Source: an uncultured virus (IMG/VR IMGVR_UViG_3300028800_000095)
Taxonomy: Duplodnaviria > Heunggongvirae > Uroviricota > Caudoviricetes
IMG/VR virus record: IMGVR_UViG_3300028800_000095
DNA: 64,000 bases
Strand: one strand, 5' to 3'
Part shown: positions 45,442 to 53,098 of the stretch, piece by piece
Position numbering within the stretch: position 1 is the first letter of the stretch
Layout of the letters: every line of letters begins with the position of its first letter
Program-made: the position numbers and the translations under genes
Notes under the pieces: generated by a model
Told to the model about the DNA's origin: nothing
The model's input: the letters and a program-made list of their open reading frames with translations, nothing else
The model's database searches: none

Positions 45442-46301
45442 TGATGACCCTCGATGACCTGCTTGTCATGCTCGCGGCAACGGTCGATGTTCTCGCTAAG
45501 AGCAGTGAGGAGGACGAGCGTATCACCTTCGTGATCGACCGCAAGAAGCTAGACAGGGAGGTGTTAATCGAAGACGCCGATTCTCTCCTAATCGTCCTGC
45601 GTGAGAACCTCCTGCGCCTAAAGGAGATCGATGAGAAGGAGACCTACTTTAAGTCACGCAGGCCCGGGGCAACAGCGGCGGACTGCATCGGGTTCCTATA
45701 CCAGCAAAAGGCCCTCCTAGAGAAGGAGCCTGCCGGGCTCGCCAGGGACCTCGGTAGGAGGTTCCTAGACGCTACGGTAGCGCACTTGCAGGAACTGCAC
45801 GGTCGTAGGGAGGCAGCGGATAAGGACGCCTATAAGCGACGGGAGGAGGCCGCAGAGGCCGCCCGGGAGAAGCGCAGAGCCTACGAGAAACAGAACGCCG
45901 AACGTGAAAGAGCGTATAAACAAAAGCAGCATGAATCCGCTACCGGCCAGCAGAAACAGTATCGGAGTCCATTCGAGGAGTACTTTACCGGTAGGGCGCA
46001 AACCAGAGAAGATAAAGAGCGTATGGAGGAGATGTATAAGGCCTTTAACAGCGCTTTCGGTGGAGATCCCTTCGGCTTTTCCTCCGCGAAGGATAAGGAG
46101 AGCAAGAAGACCCGTCCCTCCAGGTCCGGTACTAAGTGGTTCGAAGTCCTAGGCGTTAGCGCCGGGGCGGATAAGAAGACGATTAACGACGCCTGGCGAA
46201 AGCTTGCGAAGCAGCATCACCCCGATAGGGCCGGTGGCTCTAACGAGAAGATGTCACAAATCAATGCAGCGCGTGACGAGGGGTTAGGTGGTCTTCTCTA
46301 G
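45438..46301 (+). CDS. Protein with a C-terminal DnaJ (J) domain
   Basis: WFEVLGV...I..AWRKLAKQHHPDR.GG....M..IN.A; HPD intact. Confidence 0.85.
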   Translation: MMMTLDDLLVMLAATVDVLAKSSEEDERITFVIDRKKLDREVLIEDADSLLIVLRENLLRLKEIDEKETYFKSRRPGATAADCIGFLYQQKALLEKEPAGLARDLGRRFLDATVAHLQELHGRREAADKDAYKRREEAAEAAREKRRAYEKQNAERERAYKQKQHESATGQQKQYRSPFEEYFTGRAQTREDKERMEEMYKAFNSAFGGDPFGFSSAKDKESKKTRPSRSGTKWFEVLGVSAGADKKTINDAWRKLAKQHHPDRAGGSNEKMSQINAARDEGLGGLL

Positions 46302-48515
46302 CTTCTTGATATTCTTGATCCGCTTCGGCCAATAGCAGGTCTTACCGTCTATATCACCGGTAGCGATCAAGTCGCCTAGGATCAAGTTCGTGAGGATCTC
46401 GTCAAGCTCCCGCCCACGTATATAGCGAGAGAGGCGCATCAGCATCGACTTAGGTAACAGGCCGCGTTTAACCAGAGCGTGTTCTACCGGGCTACGCGCC
46501 CGGCTCTGATGCTCCCGGACGTGGGTTATGATCCGCTCGATAAACTTCGACCCTCTCTCTGTTGAGTTTCTAGCCGATGACTGCTCGACACGACGCACCC
46601 AAGACTCGGAAGTCCAAGTCAAGAAGCGGGTAGCCCAAGTCGCGATCTCTTCCGTAATCATCGGCTTCTCTGCGTTGATCCCTACCGCAACAATGCCAGC
46701 GACGATAAGAGCGTTTTGGTTCGCCCTACCCCAGATCTCGGAAGTTCCACCCGAGGCGGCGCTTTCGCGGCATTTAAGGTAGAAGTCATTAAACTGCCCC
46801 CACACCTTAGTAGACTCAAACCGGATGCGACGGAATGGTAAATCGGCGTGGGGTCTCTTAATCGCCTTAAAGGCTAAGAGCTTGTCTTCTATCCGGGACG
46901 GGAAGATATGATCGCGAGCTTCGTTCATGCGAGGCATCTTCTCCCCGGCATCAAGAAGGATAAAGCGATTGACAAGGCCTAGTTGCAACTCAGCCTCGGT
47001 AAGAGCTTCGAGCAGATGTCCTGGTTGGGCTGCCGCGAGCACCGAGAAGAAGGGATAGTCAATAGACTTGATCGCATTCTTTCGAGCTGGCAATCCCGGG
47101 ATCGAGGAGGCTCCCTTGCCGTACATCTCTAATAGGTGAGTTACGATAGCATAATCCTGTCCCCCGGTAGATCTCGCGGCGCTCTTAAGCTTTCGAGCGC
47201 ACTCGTCCCACAGCATTAAAGCGGCGGATGGGGGATTAGCGAGCGTGTCGAGCATCGCGTGATAGCTCTGGAATCCCTTAAACACGTTCTCGCCTAGTCC
47301 GACACGACGAGCGGCTAGGAATACGGAATCCATAGCGGACTCCTTACCACTAGCTGTCGGGGCGATCAATAGGAAGTAGGGTTGAAGAGGGGTATCCCAA
47401 TAATCTACGATGTAGTTATTGCGCGAGCAGAGGGCTACCGTCGAGAGACCGGCTGCAAGATTAAACAGCGGTTGATTCGAGAATGAGCGCTTCGAGGCCC
47501 AAGTCGAGATCTCCCCGACTAACCCCGGTACTTGCAAGAGCCTAGGATCAATACGGAAGGCATCATCCCCGGGCTCGTCTCCCTCGTCAGGAGGCATTTC
47601 CTCTTCGCTCTTCTTTCCTCCGATCCACTCCCGAAGGCAGCGCAGATTATCACCGGAGATCCACTGCGAGAGGGCAGGCCAACCCGGGATCTTATTCCCC
47701 TCCTTAAAATTCTTTAGGACGTTACTGATCGTCCTCTCGTGCTTCGTTCGGTCCTCTCCGTCAGACGCGGCGGCATCTAACGTCGCTGATGTAAAGTGCA
47801 GGATCTCCTTAGAATCCCAACCATTCCAGCAAAGGGCACCGGACAGGGCGACTAGGAAATCATGGCGAGATCCCTTAGTAGGCCAGCATATGGCAGCGAG
47901 TGCCGCAGCCGAGACGTGACGGATAAGAAGTTCTAGGCGAGATCGTGGGATTCTCTTAAAGGCCGTATCGTGGTAGATCTCATACGGCTCACTACTTGGA
48001 TGGATCGATGGCGGCAATACGCTCTGAGTTCCCGTTGATCTTATCTCTGCAATGGTTCCGATCTCCGGGGTCTGGAACTTTCTGGTATTGATTCCCTCGC
48101 ACCTATAGAGGTAGTGAGATCCTGGTGCTGATTTCCTGCCGTAGATAAAGGTCTCTGGTAGCATTCTGCGGGCGGCTAAACAGGCCTCCTCGGTATCAAG
48201 GTCTATGTCAACAACCCAGCCCGAGGGTTCGCCCCACAGACCTCCTACGTTGTATCCCCGATAGAAGAAGCGCTCGATGGCGTCCTCGGTCACGCGCATC
48301 TTATTCCAGCCCTTGCCCCCTACCGGTTTCTTGCTCCTTTTCGCTAGGGGTACGGGCAGAATGCCTAGGGAAAGCCAATCCTTAGCAATAGCGGCTGAAT
48401 CGATTTGCTTAATCGGGTGCGATCCGTTAAGCTTCTTCGCGCTAGAGATCTTGGTCGGTATCAAACGGCGCGTAGGCTTTCCCCCCTGCGCGTCGTTTCT
48501 TTGTATGCGGATCAA
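46284..48515 (-). CDS. Bifunctional primase-polymerase fused to a P-loop helicase-like domain
   Basis: KKP..KGW, NVG, VDIDLD, SHYLY and PPSIHPS prim-pol motifs; APTASGKE Walker A and WDE Walker B. Confidence 0.85.
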   Translation of the reverse strand: MIRIQRNDAQGGKPTRRLIPTKISSAKKLNGSHPIKQIDSAAIAKDWLSLGILPVPLAKRSKKPVGGKGWNKMRVTEDAIERFFYRGYNVGGLWGEPSGWVVDIDLDTEEACLAARRMLPETFIYGRKSAPGSHYLYRCEGINTRKFQTPEIGTIAEIRSTGTQSVLPPSIHPSSEPYEIYHDTAFKRIPRSRLELLIRHVSAAALAAICWPTKGSRHDFLVALSGALCWNGWDSKEILHFTSATLDAAASDGEDRTKHERTISNVLKNFKEGNKIPGWPALSQWISGDNLRCLREWIGGKKSEEEMPPDEGDEPGDDAFRIDPRLLQVPGLVGEISTWASKRSFSNQPLFNLAAGLSTVALCSRNNYIVDYWDTPLQPYFLLIAPTASGKESAMDSVFLAARRVGLGENVFKGFQSYHAMLDTLANPPSAALMLWDECARKLKSAARSTGGQDYAIVTHLLEMYGKGASSIPGLPARKNAIKSIDYPFFSVLAAAQPGHLLEALTEAELQLGLVNRFILLDAGEKMPRMNEARDHIFPSRIEDKLLAFKAIKRPHADLPFRRIRFESTKVWGQFNDFYLKCRESAASGGTSEIWGRANQNALIVAGIVAVGINAEKPMITEEIATWATRFLTWTSESWVRRVEQSSARNSTERGSKFIERIITHVREHQSRARSPVEHALVKRGLLPKSMLMRLSRYIRGRELDEILTNLILGDLIATGDIDGKTCYWPKRIKNIKKLEKTT

Positions 48516-48619
48516 ATCACGTTCCCCTCGAATGTGCTGGTTCGTTTACTTGTGGATACGTAGGATTTAACCTACGCCGAGCTTCGCAAAGTTAAACGCA
48601 AAATTCCGGGGAAGCAAGA

Positions 48620-49162
48620 GTGAAACTAGTAGTTGTAGAAGGCCCCGACGGGGCTGGCAAGAGTACGCTGATCTACCGACTAAAGCAGGAAAGTAAACGA
48701 CACTTCGTAGTCCTGCACCGAGCAAACCCCCCAGAGAACGTATCGCAGATAGTAGGGGCAACTGACATCCTATCTGCCGCGTCCTTCTCGGATGTTAACG
48801 TCGTATGCGACCGACACCCCTTTATCTCCGAGCCTATCTATGGTCTAACCCTACGGGGTAAGAACCTCCTAGAGGGACTGTACGGTCACTCGATGCTCCG
48901 GGCGACTCTTGCTGATACGGTAGATCGGGTCATCTACTGTCGTCCTCCGATAGAGGTCATCGTCGAGAACGCTAAGAACCAGCACCAGCTCTCCGGGGTT
49001 CACGAAAGAATCCTGACCCTTATCGAAGCCTACGACGAGATGATGAGCAGCATCCGTAATGAGCTAGGTATACCGGTCCTTCGCTATGACTGGACCGACG
49101 AGCTTTCCACCTTCGGCCCTACCTACCCTATCGAACGCCTTTTCTTTGGAGACGTAAAGTGA
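48620..49162 (+). CDS. dNMP kinase (thymidylate-kinase-like)
   Basis: VVEGPDGAGKSTL P-loop; DRH..SE..YG. Confidence 0.85.
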   Translation: MKLVVVEGPDGAGKSTLIYRLKQESKRHFVVLHRANPPENVSQIVGATDILSAASFSDVNVVCDRHPFISEPIYGLTLRGKNLLEGLYGHSMLRATLADTVDRVIYCRPPIEVIVENAKNQHQLSGVHERILTLIEAYDEMMSSIRNELGIPVLRYDWTDELSTFGPTYPIERLFFGDVK

Positions 49163-49770
49163 AAGACCGCCTCGGAGAGATCTTCGAACGCCAGCTCTCG
49201 TACTATAAGAGCTTAAGCCCGGTCATGCTCTTAAACGGATTCTTTCCGTATGACTACCCGTTAGACATACAGGACCGAAAGGACCAAGAACATTTACGGC
49301 TCCTAGCCTGGCGATTGACCGAGGAGTTAATCGAGGCCCTTAACAGCTATAACAGTCTGCTTGAGGAGCTGTCCGACGCTCTGCATTTCCTGGTCGAACT
49401 ATCCCTAGCCTCCGGAGTTTCCCAGGCCGAACTCTCTACCGGGGTAGAACACACTTCCTTGGAACTCGTAGGCGATCAAGACGTGCTTGGGATCATGTTC
49501 GAGAATCCGAGCGAGGAGTTTGGGTCTAGCAATGGCTTTGCCTTTCGGGTCTATCGCACCATCGATATCCTCGGGCAGACGATGAACTCCTTACGCCAAC
49601 GTCCGTGGCGCAGAGAGGATCGACCGAGTGATCGCAAGGTTTTCGTAGCCGGTCTCTCTCTGGTTTTTAAGTCCTTTATCAACGCAGTGGCGTATAGGCA
49701 TACGGATCAGGAACTATTCGACGCCTACTTCGCTAAGGCAAAGGTTAATGACGAGCGACAAAAGGTATGA
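49159..49770 (+). CDS. All-alpha dNTP pyrophosphatase (dimeric dUTPase/dCTPase, MazG-like)
   Basis: EELIEA and EELSDALHF metal motifs; KPW-like RPW; Y..K..VN..RQ terminus. Confidence 0.8.
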   Translation: MKDRLGEIFERQLSYYKSLSPVMLLNGFFPYDYPLDIQDRKDQEHLRLLAWRLTEELIEALNSYNSLLEELSDALHFLVELSLASGVSQAELSTGVEHTSLELVGDQDVLGIMFENPSEEFGSSNGFAFRVYRTIDILGQTMNSLRQRPWRREDRPSDRKVFVAGLSLVFKSFINAVAYRHTDQELFDAYFAKAKVNDERQKV

Positions 49771-50570
49771 GTCTCTGGTCTGCTCCTCTCCTCTATACCG
49801 TTGCGAAGACCCCGACGGTAGGATGGCAAGCGATTGGGAAGGTAGTTCAGGATATAACCTATCGAACGACTAGACTGCCTCGTTGGAATTACTCCGACTG
49901 GGGTTACGGAACGAACAAGGTAAAACAGTTAGAGCGCAATTACATCAATGAAGAAGAGATCGAGCGAGTCAAGCAAGTCCTTAAGAGGCGGAGCCTCGTT
50001 AAGTATACGTCCGTGGCGCTCTCTCTGCGTGGCAAACCGAAGGATGCCAGGTCGCAAGGGTGGTGCATGTTATCTATGGTTGTTTCCAGGACGGCGGAAC
50101 GCACTTCGGTCGAAATGCAATACCGCACCACAGAGGCTATCCTTAAGTACGCAGCCGACGTAATCTTCATTCAGGACATCTTTCGGCGTCTGGAGATTGA
50201 CCCTACTGCCTTTACCTTTCGGTTCGCCAACATCGCTCTCTCCGGGGCCTACTTCCCCTACCTCGTTGACAAACTCGATCTCCCTACGTTCCTAAAAGAG
50301 ATACACCGGGAAGACCCAGAGTTTTTCCTACGTACCACTCGTTTCCTGCTTAAGGCAAGTTACGAGAAGGACCAATACCACCCGTTCTCTCCCGAGCGGG
50401 TAAGCCACAAGTTCCTTTGGGAGCGGGCAAGTAGCCGGCAGATCAAGGAAATCCGAAATTTTCTGGAACCTCTGCACAAGGCTACTGGACGCCCGCTCCC
50501 GAAGGACTTTCACTCGGCTGATACCTACATCCCGAAAGGGCAACGTAACGATGAAGGGGAAGAAGAATGA
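49767..50570 (+). CDS. Divergent thymidylate-synthase-fold protein (paralogue 1)
   Basis: GWCMLSMVV...YRTTEAILKYAAD aligns by eye with TS PC...RSxD...(N/D). Confidence 0.6.
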   Translation: MSLWSAPLLYTVAKTPTVGWQAIGKVVQDITYRTTRLPRWNYSDWGYGTNKVKQLERNYINEEEIERVKQVLKRRSLVKYTSVALSLRGKPKDARSQGWCMLSMVVSRTAERTSVEMQYRTTEAILKYAADVIFIQDIFRRLEIDPTAFTFRFANIALSGAYFPYLVDKLDLPTFLKEIHREDPEFFLRTTRFLLKASYEKDQYHPFSPERVSHKFLWERASSRQIKEIRNFLEPLHKATGRPLPKDFHSADTYIPKGQRNDEGEEE

Positions 50571-50947
50571 AAATCTGCTTGATTGGTAGCACTCGATTCA
50601 TGGATCTCTACCGGGAATGGAATCGTCGATTAACCCTAGCAGGACACGTAGTCTATACGGTAGCTACGATCTCTAGTAGTGCGGCAGCCCAGCACATAAA
50701 GGCAGAAGCCTTTATTACGGACGACCAAAAAGAGACACTGGATTTAGTTCACCTGCGTAAGATTCAAGAGAGCGATGCGATAGTCCTCATCACGGATCAG
50801 ACCAACTACGTTGGGTTCTCAACAAAACGTGAGTTAAAGTGGGCCCGTATGCTTCGTAAAATTCGATACACAGTTCTAAATGAGAAGGATATGGATTTCC
50901 TCTGCTCGATGATCGATGGTGATCCGGAGGAGGGTATTCCGGTATGA
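50567..50947 (+). CDS. Nucleoside 2-deoxyribosyltransferase-like (NDT-fold) protein
   Basis: ICLIGS, HLRKI..SDAI, YVG.ST..E..WA. Confidence 0.65.
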   Translation: MKICLIGSTRFMDLYREWNRRLTLAGHVVYTVATISSSAAAQHIKAEAFITDDQKETLDLVHLRKIQESDAIVLITDQTNYVGFSTKRELKWARMLRKIRYTVLNEKDMDFLCSMIDGDPEEGIPV

Positions 50948-51789
50948 GGACCTACGCGACCTTCTCCCACGCTCGACAGGCTCTTAGCGATCTATTCGAG
51001 CAGGGTAGCTACATCGTTCATGCACCGAAGTGGCAGGGAGTTGACGTCTCTACGAAGCCTGAGATGGCGATGCACGAAGTCCTTAACCCGGATTTTCAGG
51101 TCGCGTTGCGCCCGGCTCCTCTCAAGCATTGGCAGGAAGACATCAAGCCTAACCTGCCTTTCGCTGACGTGCATTTCGAGGAGCGGGTGGGGGGACACCC
51201 CACGAACCCCGGCGAGGCGTGGAAGATCTGGCCCTGGGGGCATAACGCGGCCGGTTTCCTAGAGGTAAACGGGCTGCAATTTACGCATACCTACCAGGAG
51301 AGATTCTGGCCTAAGTTCGCCGGGTTAACTAAGGGGCCTCATGGACCCGAACAAACGGCCTACGTAAAGAAACGAGGAGCTAAGCCCCTAGAGGGGGTAC
51401 GGTATGAATATGCTGATCTTAATGACCTCGTTGATCACCTTGTTTCTGATCCGCTGTCTCGTCAAGCTTACCTACCAATCTGGTTTCCAGAGGACGGGAC
51501 CTGCACTGGCCGTAAGCCTTGCACTCTCGGTTACCATTTCATGCTTCGTCACGAATACCTGCATGTCACTTACCTGATTAGGTCCTGCGACTTCTACCGT
51601 CACTTTAACGATGATTGCTATCTTACGCTCCGACTCCTTCTTTGGATGATCGAGCGGTTAGCCGAGAAGGACCCGAGGTGGGAGTCCGTGCGACCGGGTT
51701 TTCTGGTTTTTAAGTGCGGTAGCCTTCACATGTTCCGAGGGGACTATGATCGACTCTTCCCGCCGAAAACCCGTAAAGCTTCCACATAA
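50944..51789 (+). CDS. Thymidylate-synthase-family dCMP-modifying enzyme (paralogue 2)
   Basis: HFEERV, TYQER, DPLSRQAYLPIW, PCTLGYHF, RSCDFYRHFNDD, SLH; Asp at the N177/D179 specificity position. Confidence 0.85.
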   Translation: MRTYATFSHARQALSDLFEQGSYIVHAPKWQGVDVSTKPEMAMHEVLNPDFQVALRPAPLKHWQEDIKPNLPFADVHFEERVGGHPTNPGEAWKIWPWGHNAAGFLEVNGLQFTHTYQERFWPKFAGLTKGPHGPEQTAYVKKRGAKPLEGVRYEYADLNDLVDHLVSDPLSRQAYLPIWFPEDGTCTGRKPCTLGYHFMLRHEYLHVTYLIRSCDFYRHFNDDCYLTLRLLLWMIERLAEKDPRWESVRPGFLVFKCGSLHMFRGDYDRLFPPKTRKAST

Positions 51790-51932
51790 ATTTAAGGCAC
51801 TCATTTTCCTAGACGGGGGCCGTTGGTGGTGCCAGGAATGGCAATCGGAACAATACCCGGAACTGCGGGTCAGAGTCCACGGGAATAGGAAAACCGGCCA
51901 GAAGTTTAGAACCTACCACATCGAGAATTCTA

Positions 51933-52478
51933 ATGCCCAAGTCGAGAGTCTTGCCGATGCGATTAAATCCATTCGGTCTAACCATTCCCGACTTCTGGAA
52001 CAACCAAGTCCCGAAGTACGAGTCAAAAAACTACGGAACGATGGTCGTAGACCTGATCTGGAATCCGAAGTACGGTCGAGCGATAGAACAGATAAGCGCG
52101 AAGCGAGCCGCAAACCGGTGGAACAACTACGTAAGCCCCATCGAATTGGAAAGAGTCAAGGCGAAACTGACCTCGAAGGGCGAGGCGTCCATTCGGTTCG
52201 GAGCGGAAAAAACAGGCCACGGCTACTCCGGAGAGCGCGGTGACTTCTGTCTAGTAGGCGGAGTAATCAAGGGAAAGAACCTGGCTCTGTTCTATCGCAG
52301 CTTAGAGCTGATCGGTGGATTCGCCTATGACCTGACTCTGATTAATGGTCTAGGGGATAACCTCGGGATTAAGTTAAACTTAGTTACGATTTACACCTGC
52401 AAGGCCTTTACCTTCGCTCTGAAAGGAAACTCGAATGAGAAGCTCTACCCGAAGTTACAAACCATTTTCAAAACTTGA
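51933..52478 (+). CDS. Divergent thymidylate-synthase-fold protein (paralogue 3)
   Basis: DFCLVGGV...FYRSLELIGGFAYD; NYVSPIELERVK matches NYINEEEIERVK of paralogue 1. Confidence 0.6.
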   Translation: MPKSRVLPMRLNPFGLTIPDFWNNQVPKYESKNYGTMVVDLIWNPKYGRAIEQISAKRAANRWNNYVSPIELERVKAKLTSKGEASIRFGAEKTGHGYSGERGDFCLVGGVIKGKNLALFYRSLELIGGFAYDLTLINGLGDNLGIKLNLVTIYTCKAFTFALKGNSNEKLYPKLQTIFKT

Positions 52479-52686
52479 TCTCTGGTTAGACAAAAGGATA
52501 TCCCTCTGGAGCGGTTGGATTAGTGGTATTGGAGGAGTTATCTTAGGGGAGGGGGTAGGCCAGGTAATCCATAGCCATTATTGGTTCGCGGCTTTACTTA
52601 TCGCGACCGGGGCTATGATCATTACCCTATGTTTTCGCTCTATCATTGTGCATTGGAGAATGTTCGAGGAGAGATTTCGTGGATAG
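52435..52686 (+). CDS. Small 2-TM membrane protein
   Basis: Two hydrophobic segments; AAAGGA SD. Confidence 0.5.
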   Translation: MRSSTRSYKPFSKLDLWLDKRISLWSGWISGIGGVILGEGVGQVIHSHYWFAALLIATGAMIITLCFRSIIVHWRMFEERFRG

Positions 52687-53098
52687 ACTAGAACGCGAGG
52701 AGTTTCTGATCGAGGTCGCAAAGCTTTGCGCCAGGCGTTCTACCTGCGGGCGATTGCAGGTAGGAGCCGTCATTAGCGATATGGGGCGCATTATCGCGAC
52801 CGGGTATAACGGACCCCCAAGCGGGTTTAAGCATTGCCTGGAGAATAACTGCGATATCTCGGAGATCTGCACCAGGACGGTTCATGCCGAGACTAACGCG
52901 ATTGCCTTCGCCGCCCGGTTCGGGATACGGACTAACGGGGCCTCTATGTACGCTACCGATAGTCCCTGTGAGCAGTGCGCTAAGTTTATCATCCAGGCGG
53001 GGATTAAGCTGTTCGTGTACTATCGAACGTATCGGGATACGAAGCCGGTTCAACTTATGCGTGACGCCGGGATCGAAGTAAGGCTCTATGCCCCGTAA
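52679..53098 (+). CDS. dCMP deaminase
   Basis: RSTC.R.QVGAV, TGYNG, HAE.NA and PC..C; GTG start at 52679 with GAGGAG SD. Confidence 0.92.
   Translation: MDRLEREEFLIEVAKLCARRSTCGRLQVGAVISDMGRIIATGYNGPPSGFKHCLENNCDISEICTRTVHAETNAIAFAARFGIRTNGASMYATDSPCEQCAKFIIQAGIKLFVYYRTYRDTKPVQLMRDAGIEVRLYAP

Noticed and set aside
50944..51789. Ordinary thyA or M6/SPO1-type dUMP hydroxymethylase
   Set aside because: Asp rather than Asn at the specificity position; I recognised no hmU DNA kinase or amino-acid transferase genes.
48620..53098. Z-genome (PurZ) or 7-deazaguanine (DpdA/QueCDE/FolE) pathways
   Set aside because: No matching motifs seen.
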